Virus record (IMG/VR): IMGVR_UViG_3300026519_000008
Span: 1-64,000 of that record
DNA from: a virus
DNA length: 64,000 nucleotides
Strand: one strand, 5' to 3'
Part shown: one piece after another, positions 19,119 to 29,247 of the stretch
Numbering within the stretch: position 1 is the first letter of the stretch
Layout of the letters: each line of letters begins with the position of its first letter
Translations under genes and position numbers: made by a program
Notes under the pieces: generated by a model
What the model was told of the DNA's origin: nothing
What the model saw: only the letters and a program-made list of their open reading frames with translations
Databases searched by the model: none

Positions 19119-19405
19119 GGTTCTCCTCCTGGCCTCTCAGGGCCCTGTTGGTGGGGGGGCCGCATGCCCCGATGAACAGAGCATACCACCCCTCCCACGT
19201 TGTTGTATCTCCCCCAACCTGAAATTGATTTCAAGTCGGCCCAGAAAACAGAGACGCCAAAAAGGCGTCAAATTTCAAAGATTCCCCCGTACCCCTTAGT
19301 TGGTCAGGGGAAGCCCAAGAAAGTCGCAGTATGAACGTAAATTTACTTCGTGGAAGGCTTTGCCGTGCATTATTCATCCCCACATTCCGGGTGACGTGGC
19401 AGGAA

Positions 19406-19851
19406 TCACCAAAAAACAGTAACTCCGTCTGTAAGAGAGCCCATAGCTCTGGGGAGCGGCATGTTAGGAATCAACACGGCCACCCGCAGGTTCGTCAGCT
19501 TCCCGTCAGATTCCAGTACGAGACCCTTTAACGAATTGAGCATATTCTTCACCAGCTCCTCGACCGTCTCAGCCTTCGCAATCTTGAACAGCTCAGATTC
19601 CATCAGGATAAATATCGTCTTCTCCAGCTCGGCCACCCAAAGCTGCATTGGAATTCCAACTTGGAACACCAAACCCTGGAGAAGCAAATAAATCGACGCA
19701 GCCTGCTTGGTGTTCCCGTTGCTAGCCTTGATGAGATACACCGTTTTCTGGAAGTCTTGAAGTACCTGCGCTTCCGCCGCCTTGGCCTTCACAGCCCCGA
19801 ACGAACCTACCAGCATCCCCAAGATCACTACCGTTCCAAGTACACGTCTCA
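19406..19851 (-). CDS. Hypothetical exported protein
   Basis: MRRVLGTVVILGMLVGSFGAVKAKA signal-peptide-like N-terminus; AGGAGG RBS. Confidence 0.55.
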
Positions 19852-19853
19852 TC

Positions 19854-20555
19854 TCATCCGCCTCCTGTAAACATGTCGTCCCACCCAACCAACTGTTTGA
19901 TTTCACTGAATTTTAGCTTAGTATCCAATCCATGCTTCCAAGGCTTGCACATTGGGCAACCACAGCTGAAATTATCCTTTTTCAGCTTACCTATACAACG
20001 AACCGTATGCTCTGAGTTCCACAATCTAAGCCAATGCTTGAGCCTACGCCTCTGGACCCTCTTAGTCTGATGACGTCTCCAAGCACGTGTTCGTTGCATA
20101 ACAACATCTCCCCTTAACTTTCCTCACAAGGCCAAGGAATTCTTGCTTTGTAGGCTGGCATTTCAACAACAACCCTCCCGTCTGACGATCTAAGCCATCT
20201 TTCAACTGTCAGCCACCCGTTTGGTACTTTTATAGTTGTCCATCCACGAATTATTCCGCATTTCGTACAAATCTGGGCAAAATCACACCCTTCTACGTCT
20301 TCTTCATACTCTTGCCATCTATGCCGTTTTGGCATCACAACCTCCCTCTAGCGTTTTAACAGTCACAGTCGCGCCATCGTACCACTCAGACAACGCATCA
20401 GCTATAAACTGCTCAAACTCCCCAGGAGCACCCCCAGGGTCACCGCTGTCCAACGTTACTGCTATAGTCTCAGAAAACGATCGTAGTCCGGCCGCCAAAT
20501 CCCCTAGGAAGTAAACGTCAAACGTAAACACCTTTTTCCTTGGAGCTTTGCTCAT
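19854..20555 (-). other. Small hypothetical genes (19854-20099, 20114-20338, 20319-20555)
   Basis: ORF track with RBS. Confidence 0.55.
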
Positions 20556-20593
20556 GTCACCCTCCTTTTTCTGAAATTGATTTCAACTGCTAG

Positions 20594-20624
20594 AAAAAAC
20601 AGGGGGAGCTTACATGCTCCCCCC
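20594..20624 (-). terminator. Rho-independent terminator
   Basis: GGGGGGAGC-ATGTAA-GCTCCCCC followed by TGTTTTTT. Confidence 0.75.
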
Positions 20625-20777
20625 GTCTCCTACTAGCGGGGTTGGGGTTGCTCGCTCCCAAGCGCCATCCAGAACAATCAGGATGTCGGATTCCGGCAAT
20701 CCGATGCCGTGCTGGTGAGTCCGTGATTGGTCATGCCCGCAAAGACACGTCCACCCAACGAGTATCACTGTCCTGCC

Positions 20778-20835
20778 TCACGCATTAGCGCCCCGCGTTC
20801 AGTCACGCATTAGCGCCCCGCGTTCAGAGTCACGC
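20778..20835. repeat. Tandem 25-bp repeat (2 copies plus partial)
   Basis: TCACGCATTAGCGCCCCGCGTTCAG at 20778 and 20803. Confidence 0.9.
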
Positions 20836-20848
20836 TTCTATCTCTATC

Positions 20849-21045
20849 AAAAAAACTGGCGGGCCTACTTACGCACCAACCGGTAACGCCACACTAGGAG
20901 GCACGGTCTCCCGTGGCTTTCGTCGCCGTGTTGCTCCGGTCGATCGGCGCGCTTTCGGCCCATAGTTAACGCCTACTTTCATAGGGGAGTTCCCCGGCCT
21001 GGCCGGTCTGTCCAAAGTCCGCCCCTGGGCTGGCGGAGCTGTGAA
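20849..21045 (-). ncRNA. Candidate structured non-coding RNA
   Basis: Several GNRA-capped stems on minus strand ending in T7; no convincing ORF. Confidence 0.45.
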
Positions 21046-21095
21046 TTCTGTTTCCAGAAAAGATCCAAACGACATTGAACATTACTATCCCCTAA

Positions 21096-21320
21096 TCACC
21101 AAACATGCAGCACGTAATCATTTTCAGAAAACGACTGAACAACAACCCCGCCCTCTTGCGGCCCACGGACTCCAAGCCACCCCGAACACGTACAATCAGG
21201 CATCCCGCAAAGCGCCCGCCTGATCCGCCTCACCTGACTCGGTGTCAAGTGATAGGGAAACTTATCCACCCGCACCCTCACTGACGTTCGATGAAAATCA
21301 TTGCTCAGGGTCACCAGCAT
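21096..21320 (-). CDS. Hypothetical protein
   Basis: AGGAGG RBS; LCG..C.C motif. Confidence 0.6.
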   Translation of the reverse strand: MLVTLSNDFHRTSVRVRVDKFPYHLTPSQVRRIRRALCGMPDCTCSGWLGVRGPQEGGVVVQSFSENDYVLHVW

Positions 21321-21368
21321 TGTCGCCTCCTGAAGGGGCCGGAACCAGTCGTCCGGCCCCCCAACTCC

Positions 21369-21890
21369 CTATGCCTGGACCGCCACCTGCTTCCGAACCT
21401 TCCCCTTGGTCTTGGCGGGGGCCTTGGGCTTGGACCGGACCCTTACAGGGGCCCCGGCCTTCATCCCGGCTCGGATGATGGTCTCGATGAATTCGCACAC
21501 GCTGTGCAGTTCCCGCTCGATCCGAGCCGTGTTTTCCGACTCCACAGCCTTCCGCAGGGCCAGGAGCTTGCTGTAGTAGCTCTTCCCCCAATCCAGGTGC
21601 TCCTGGGGAAGCCTGCCGTTGGTCAGCTCCCGACCGACCCGGGGAATCCCACCGTGTGTCTTCTCCCCGTCCTGCTTCCCGTAGAGGAAAGCCTGAACGG
21701 ATGCCGGGACCTTGAACTTGTCAGCCCTGAGGGCTTTGTCCAGATCCCGCAGGGGGCGCTTGAAGTCATACAGCCACCCCCGAGCGAAGTACACATTGAT
21801 CTCCCCGCCCCAGGTTCCCTTTGTGGGGGGCTTGTTCGGGAGACCCGACAGAACCTCCGCCCGCTTCTCCACCGCCTTCTTGTCCGCCAT
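21369..21890 (-). CDS. Basic hypothetical protein (paralogue of 11607-12191)
   Basis: AAGGAGG RBS before MADKK; promoter TTGACA-N18-TATTAT at 21960-21989. Confidence 0.75.
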   Translation of the reverse strand: MADKKAVEKRAEVLSGLPNKPPTKGTWGGEINVYFARGWLYDFKRPLRDLDKALRADKFKVPASVQAFLYGKQDGEKTHGGIPRVGRELTNGRLPQEHLDWGKSYYSKLLALRKAVESENTARIERELHSVCEFIETIIRAGMKAGAPVRVRSKPKAPAKTKGKVRKQVAVQA

Positions 21891-22149
21891 GCTACACCTC
21901 CTTGATGCTGGGGCCGTATGGCCCGCGTTTGAGGGGTTCCGCCAACCCCTAGTGTCCCCATAATACAGGGGTACACTACCATTTGTCAAACCTAAAATTG
22001 CTTGTGATTACTGCCTAACATCCCACTCATTTAGTGCCAACTGCTGCCATTCATCATCGGCCGACTCTTCACGCTCCACCTTACCCCCGCCCCCTTCTAC
22101 AGCCACCCCACACGTGTCCCAATCTTCAGCCTAGATTCTGAAATCAATT

Positions 22150-22668
22150 TCACCCTCCTCGCAGACTTTTCTGCATGCAGAACTTTCTCAGATCAACCGG
22201 TCGGTACGTATGTTCGATAAACACCAACCAATGATTCTTATCTACCTCATCTACCTCCTCTTCTTCTACATGTCGGTGGTTGTTATTATGGAAATGCCCA
22301 TGAATGTTAACCACTCCTCCCCGCACATTGACCGGTCTATGAGAAAACACCAATGTCTTTCCAAACATACGTAACTGTAACCTATCCAGGACACACGACC
22401 ACCCACGACGGATGTACCAAGTAGGCGTCTTTCTGTCATGATTACCTCGAATCAACCAGCTCTTCCCCTTACAGACCTCCAAGAATCGCTCGTGCCACTC
22501 ACGATCATTTCCGAAACAAAAATCTCCAAGATGGGTCAACACATCGTCAGAGGAAATCAAGGCAGCTACTTGGTCAAAAATACGTCCCTCAAACCCAGAT
22601 GGGCGGTAACCACGCTCCACCAGCTTGGAATGACCGAAATGCGTATCAGCTATAATCCAATACTTCAC
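22150..22668 (-). CDS. Calcineurin-like metallophosphoesterase
   Basis: ADTHFGH, HLGDF, GNHD, FSH, IHGHFH motifs. Confidence 0.9.
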   Translation of the reverse strand: MKYWIIADTHFGHSKLVERGYRPSGFEGRIFDQVAALISSDDVLTHLGDFCFGNDREWHERFLEVCKGKSWLIRGNHDRKTPTWYIRRGWSCVLDRLQLRMFGKTLVFSHRPVNVRGGVVNIHGHFHNNNHRHVEEEEVDEVDKNHWLVFIEHTYRPVDLRKFCMQKSLRGG

Positions 22669-22850
22669 TCCAGTGTCTCCTAACTAACGGACGATGCCCG
22701 TTGAAAACTGCCTCGCGTGGGGAAAGATTCCTGCCCAAAATAGCCTCCCAACACCGCTAGGGTATACATGTGAGAGTGCAAATTTGCCCCGGCAAGGCGT
22801 GTAAAAAGAAAACCCCTAACCCAACCCCACCCACAGCACAAGTAAGTCGC

Positions 22851-25321
22851 TTAAACCTCGACCACATTATTCAAAGCCGCAGCCTCTCGAAGCGCCCTAA
22901 ATACAGCCAGAATATCTGTGATCAACAAGATACTACGCAGCAACTCTTCCTCAGCCTCCAAGACGTAATGTGGCTGGATAGGCTGCCTAAGAGACAAAGC
23001 CACATTCACATGCGTAGTCAATTCGGTGACTAACTCCAACGCATCTACTGCCCCATCCAAAGAATTAGGAATCGACCTGAGCAGCTCCAAGATCACTTCA
23101 TACTGATCATCCGGCACAATCATTGCGATCCTCCTTAACTGTCACCCGTCGCTGCCCACCAGGCCGCACATGTCCACACCGTGGACACGGCTTCCCAAGA
23201 ATGTAACGCTGCGCCGGACGTCTATGCGGATCAATTTGAGCCAGCCCACAGCGCTCACAGTAAACAGTATACTTGTCCTCCAACAATGCTCTACTTCCCA
23301 TGATTACACCTGCTTCCCGTAAGACACTCGGTAGTAATCACCACAATCGGCCACAACCACCTGGAACCCACACGTCTTAAGATCCCTCGGAATCGACCTC
23401 ATCCCAAGACGATACGCTCCCTTCCGAGTCACTTTAACCGGTCTCCAGTTTTTGTCACGAGCATAATCAAGCCCAAACATCACATGTTTACGCCGCTCCA
23501 TCAGCAGATACCCCCAAGAATGAGACAACTGATCACAGTACGCTTCTCGCACTCCTCACACCAACCAGCCCTCTGATCCGGCTCCACGTCAGTAGAGTAA
23601 CCACAGTACGGACAGATACCAGGGACCACTGAGTCGAACACAGCCTCCCGCAACATCTCCTCCACGTCCGTACCCCAATCCTCAGCCAACTGCTCCAAAA
23701 GCTCGTCTGCCGTCCGCCGCTTCGCCATGACTACCTCCTTAGAGCCACTCACGAAAAACAAGATACGTAGTACCGCCGATGTCCACCACGTCACACAAAG
23801 CCCGATTCGTGTGATATACCGAATACGCCCCCTTGTGCATCACGTGAGTGTTTTCGGTAACCACTACCACCTGACCGTTCTCCCGCACACTCTCTATAGA
23901 GGCACGATCCAAGAACATCAGAGTGGCTGGAAATACCGTCTGCCCAACCTCGAATCTAGACATCGGCATCCTCAATAATCGGGCGCAGCTCTATCACCAC
24001 AGTGTGGGTCCGAGCCGCAGCTTCCAGTAAATCCCCAAGCGTAAGATCCAGTACCGCCTGACTAGCAGCAGGTACTACCTGAATGGGACCATTCTCATTA
24101 TCAGCCCGCTGCCCCAGCAGATCCGTCAAGCACCGTCGGCACTCAACCTTAGCCTGATCCTGTGTCCACCGATGAACCTCTTCGGAAAGCTTCCGCCCAC
24201 ACAACGCCACTCCAATTTCTGGGTCTGGTAGGTAGTGGGTTTTTGGGCGATACCCCACCTTCCCACGCTTCCGTTGATACTTCTTTGGGATACCAAGATA
24301 CTCACTTTGCATGCTTAGCAGCCTCCACCAGCTTGTCGTACTCCTCCTTGTCCATCCACAGCCTCCGATAGATCTCAGCCAGAATCTTGGCAGCCTTGTT
24401 ACCCTCCTCCTCTCCACCGTCATCAATCACAGCGTGGACATAGGCCGCCGTAAATTCATGCTCCACCCGCCTGGCCAGCTCCTCGAAAGCCATTTCCCGA
24501 ATGGCCACAGGAACACCCCAACTCCTCTTCTCATCCGAGTAGTCCCAGACGAACTGAGCCTTCACCCCAAGCTTGGTGACTTCGTCCAGCCACCCCTGAG
24601 GCACCGCCCAATCGAACTTCCTGAGTCCCACATACTTTCCAAGATCGTGTGTCATGCTGTCCTCCTGTCCACCCATTCCAGGACTGTCACAACCGCAGCC
24701 TCCAACACGCCCAGCAGCACCACCCCAACTCCTAGGGCCGCCAGAACGCATAGGAACAACACCAGGTCTTCCACTGTCATCCGACACTCCTTAGTCTCTG
24801 TGGAATCCTCGCAGATGAAATTGATTTCACCTGCCCCATCCCATGTCTGATGAAGATCATAGGATCTACCAGTCCAGCCCGACTACAACAGTAGTGGGCA
24901 AACGCCTGCCGCCTCTCACTGAGTGGAACCCCCAGCCTGTCAATCTGCTGGTAGATTTCCCGGGCGGTGAGTTTACACCCCCTCATGGCTAATCCGCCCA
25001 CACTACGCGGACAGCCCTAAACACCGAGTCACAGATACGATGGTTGGTCCGCTCCTGAGCCCCACCACTGTGAGTCCCAATGATGTCGCCAACCAGCATG
25101 TACCGCAGAAAACCCCTTGCGTTGCTGGAAAGTTTGAGTGCCTGGTAGTCATGCTCAGACACCGGGGGCCCGAGCACGGACAGCCGAGTGCCGACTGTCG
25201 CCACTAGCCGACCGGCCTTGTGACGCATCTTGAGGGTCAGCTCCGTCCGAATCGCTCGATCCCTCTTGAGCCTGGAAACGATTTGCCTGGTGGTGGGATA
25301 CTGTGCCTGTTGGAGTCTCAT
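22851..25321 (-). other. Run of small hypothetical genes, including Zn-ribbon proteins at 23107-23301 and 23501-23728
   Basis: Head-to-tail ORFs; CxxC pairs; promoter at 25374-25407. Confidence 0.5.
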
Positions 25322-25580
25322 GACCGCGTCCTCCTGTGGCTGTGGCCCCTGGGGGCCGTTTGATGATGGTCAAAGGATACCCCCACCCCTACGGTCATGT
25401 AACTCCCAAAATAGAAGAAAATTACGCCGTACAGCTCACCCAATATCTAAATTTTTCTACGGCAGAATCCAAACTAACCTGGCGACCAGCCGCCACGAGA
25501 CCGCCACAGCAAAACTTTTAGAACGAAACAATCCACGCGCTAACGATTACCAGAACCAGCTGTCGCGTGGGGAAAGACTA

Positions 25581-25973
25581 CTACTTGAACATCACCCATA
25601 AATCCACGCTGTCACAGGTATCCCCCCTCTTTACACACACCGCCTCTAATGTAGAAACCAGACGTTCCACATATTTCTGGTCTCTAATCGGGTCTTCGAT
25701 AATCAGAACAATGCCCGGCCTCAGCCCCAGCATTTCCGCATAGTGAATCGACTGACCCACAGCCTCAGCCCACTTGTCCGCAAAATCAAACTCAATGGCA
25801 TAACCACGAGCCACACAGTCAGCTCGTGTGCCATCCTCCAGCCGCACTTCCGTCTCGCCCCCAACCGCCGAACACCACTTCTCCTGGTAATAGCGTTCGT
25901 GGTTGGCCCGCCCCGCAAAAGCCGCCGACGCCACAATCAACACAAGCAAACTTGCTAATCTAAGACTCTTCAC
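25581..25973 (-). CDS. PD-(D/E)XK-fold-like protein with signal peptide
   Basis: Hydrophobic N-terminus ending AFA; EVRL.DGTRADC..YAIEFD..KW.EAVGQ..HYA. Confidence 0.55.
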   Translation of the reverse strand: MKSLRLASLLVLIVASAAFAGRANHERYYQEKWCSAVGGETEVRLEDGTRADCVARGYAIEFDFADKWAEAVGQSIHYAEMLGLRPGIVLIIEDPIRDQKYVERLVSTLEAVCVKRGDTCDSVDLWVMFK

Positions 25974-26259
25974 GTTTAGCCTCCTTCCACTCTGACAGAG
26001 TGGGCATCCAGTATTCTTTGAGTGTCACAGGACCACGGCGTGTCATGATGGTCGTATACCTGTCCATTACAGGAAGCCCCATCTGACGCAAATCAAACAC
26101 GCGGGCCGGGAGATTAAAGATCCCATAATCTAAAAGCGCGGTAGCCCTGTTTACATGCTCCCCCCGCCTTAATGCCCGCAGAAGAGCCTCAGTCTGAGAG
26201 ACCGAATCATCAATCTCAGCCTCCACCACCTGGATGTCTCCGTCCTTGTCCACACCCAT
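25960..26259 (-). CDS. Winged helix-turn-helix DNA-binding protein (HTH_39-like)
   Basis: SQ..LL.AL..G......A...YGI..L.ARV.DLR..G..V. Confidence 0.7.
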   Translation of the reverse strand: MGVDKDGDIQVVEAEIDDSVSQTEALLRALRRGEHVNRATALLDYGIFNLPARVFDLRQMGLPVMDRYTTIMTRRGPVTLKEYWMPTLSEWKEAKREES

Positions 26260-26686
26260 CGCACCACTCCGAGTTGAAATCAATTTCAACCCCACATCCC
26301 CGACAGACGGCCGATACATCGGTTAAGGGCGTTGCCGCATTCTCCATATGAACGTCCCTGCATATATCCCGACCACCCAACCACCGCATCTCAGCCAACA
26401 TCGCCTCACGATCTTGCCAGTGCATAAGTATCTCCTTCAAATTCCCAGCATTGTGCGTGACGTATGTACCACTCCTGAAGTTTCAAACAACGAAGGGCCC
26501 ACAGAACGGGCCCCCTACTAAAATATGCACGTCCAGCATTAACCGACCTTACTAAATCAACCCCCTGCTCCCATTTAAGACCACAGTTGAACTCAGAATA
26601 GAATTCTCCACAAACACAACTAACCTCATCCACCCACCACCCAGGCGATACAGGCTTAGGTATCTTGACATTAACCGAAGGCATAG

Positions 26687-27364
26687 CTACACCTTAAACA
26701 AACTTGGCAGAGCCTCCTGGAATCTAGCCTGGAGAGGCTCAAGAAGAGCCCGGATCTGAGGATGAGCAGCCTGTGTACATCTAAGTGAAAAGATATGACG
26801 CCATTCTCTAATATTGGCCGTCATGATGATCTCTGTCTTCAGTGAATTAGGCAGCACTGACCGAGCCTCCTGCGGAGACCAACCTTCGTCCAGCAGCATC
26901 AAGTAATTTTTTTCTGCAGCAAGCATGCCACCTACCCAGCAAGACGCTGTCAGATCAGTTCTTAGCGCACTGCCCTCGTAAAGTACATGACCGTCAGGGC
27001 CCATACTATACTCACCCAAGGGTAACACTTGCTCAAGATGGACCGGTCTGATAATGCTGAGGCCATGCTTGTACCTACAATACCGAGTGCTCTCCTGAGA
27101 ATACGACGCAAGACGATGCCTCACCAACTCGTGGGTGACTCCTCTGTCAGTAACAAAACACACTGTAAAATTGACATGCTCTATCACACTATGATGCCCA
27201 GACCGAACGATCTTCCTAACAAAATCTTCTGGGTAACCCTTAGACTCACTCTGGTAACACACTCTTCCCGCCTGCTCGATCAATTTAACTAGACGCTTAG
27301 GCTCACCAAACTCTTCCAGATTGGGGTATAAAATCTCAAACGACTGAGGCATCAAGTACATCAC
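26687..27364 (-). CDS. thyX: Flavin-dependent thymidylate synthase
   Basis: GRVCYQS, GHHSVIEH, THELVRHRLASYSQESTRY, ARSVLPN, AHPQIR. Confidence 0.95.
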   Translation of the reverse strand: MMYLMPQSFEILYPNLEEFGEPKRLVKLIEQAGRVCYQSESKGYPEDFVRKIVRSGHHSVIEHVNFTVCFVTDRGVTHELVRHRLASYSQESTRYCRYKHGLSIIRPVHLEQVLPLGEYSMGPDGHVLYEGSALRTDLTASCWVGGMLAAEKNYLMLLDEGWSPQEARSVLPNSLKTEIIMTANIREWRHIFSLRCTQAAHPQIRALLEPLQARFQEALPSLFKV

Positions 27365-29238
27365 TTCTCCTTGTCAGGCTTTACCACCACCGCCACACAT
27401 CTCACTTTAAAAAGTAAAGTTTCATTGTCGTCATAGCATACGTCCCACGCCGTACACAGCCCCCCGTCCAACTCCCCAGGAAGATGGGGCTCTGCGTGGG
27501 CACAATATGGACACCTTGGATCGTCAGCATTGATACATCTGACCTTATGACGCCTACTCCTCGCCATCATCACCCTCCACCGGTTTTGCTACCAAAGCAA
27601 AGTACGCCGTCTTAGGCTCCGGCCCGGGTAAATACACCGGCCACACTGCTCCTGACAAAATCTCCCAACCATTCTCCTCCGCAGTATCCCGCACAGCCTT
27701 ATCCGACTCACCTTGAATAATCGCCAAATCTGTTCTCATCCAAACCACCTCATTTGATCGTCCAGGCCACAGACAAAAACACCTTCTCCCTCAGCTTCTT
27801 CTTAGCCGTTTTATCCCAATACCGATACAACTCTACCAATTTTGGGATGGACTCTGCCATCGACAACGATTTATTCAATTGAACCAAAGCACATAACACG
27901 CCGTCCACGTCCGTGTAAGCCTCCAACGTAATCCCTACTAGAGCATCCCCGAAAATAGCCTTGGCTTTCTCCTCGAATTTCATCAATGGATCTGCCAAAG
28001 CACGATGCTCAGACAGAAAAGCAACCACCGCATCTCTGTCACGTGTACGCATAGTAATTACGTTCCATGCCGCAGATTATCCGCCTCTCGTCGAATCAGC
28101 CCATTGACCAGACTGTCAAAATCAAACTTTGCCCCAGGAATCGACGAGATATGACCCTCCAAAAACTCAAGAGCCTCCATAGTCTGACCAGTCAATGTGA
28201 CTGACCGCTGTACAGCCCGCCTCCGCCGAGGCATCTTGTTCTTACGAATTGCCTTGGGCTTAACAACCTCAGTTTTGGCCACAGCGTCACTCGACTTCAC
28301 AGGCTTGGTCATTGCCATTCTCCTTTTTGCAAATAGTCCCACCACACGAACACCGAACCCCCAAAGGCTCAGCGTCCTTCCCAGACGGAATCCTCAAAGT
28401 CTGAAGATCATAACAAAGCTGCAACGCTCTGCTAATACAAACATGGGAAATACCCAGGTCTACATTACGCCAGCCCTCATGCAAACTCTCCATCCACCCA
28501 TTCTTCATCAAAAACTTCCGACGTTCTCTGTCCATATCAGGCAGAGGGAAGCTTCTCCGCTTTCTGCCCTTTTTCACCCTCCCAGGAACAATCATCCTCT
28601 TCTTTACAGGACTCATTCACACCTCCCATCTAAACAATTTTGCACAAAACCGAAAGCTCCGCTTATGCAGAAGCTTAATCAATACCCTATGACGCTCACG
28701 TAAGTATTTATGAGAACCAATCAGTGCTTCCAGTGCAGTCTCTTCCGTGAACACATTATGGGCCTGCTTCATCCCTATGCTTTTGAAATACTCCAACACT
28801 GGAGTTTTAGCGTCACCACCGTCAATCATCGTACTCTCCAAGCTTGGCCTTTACCTGCCGTCTGAATTCCTCATCAGCTGCGACCAAATAACCCCCACCC
28901 CACCGTCCGTACTTGTCCAAAAACACCATTACGTTGTGCCTGTCCTTCTCATCAAAGACCTCCCGCAACCGCTCTCTTGAAAACCGAAGAACATCCTCGC
29001 CCCCAACACCGACAATGTGGAAGCACTGACTCAAAGCATGCGCCAGCTCCAACAACACACCCTGACGCATCAAGTCAAGTCCTTCAAAAAACTTGTCCCG
29101 ACCGATGCGGTCATGGGTCATATTACGCCCAACGCTGCCCAACGCATCCAGCATACTATTGATCTCCAACCATACCCTGGACAATCTCAGGACATTCTGT
29201 TCCGCCTCTTTGATCGGGTCCCAATTCTCACCATTCAT
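27361..29238 (-). other. Small hypothetical genes (27361-27573, 27554-27748, 27750-28052, 28058-28345, 28287-28616, 28617-28841, 28822-29238)
   Basis: ORF track; tight packing. Confidence 0.5.
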
Positions 29239-29247
29239 AGCCGCCTC

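Noticed and set aside
20590-21090. tRNA or tmRNA gene
   Set aside because: No cloverleaf, TTCGA T-loop or CCA end recognised; kept only as a generic ncRNA candidate.
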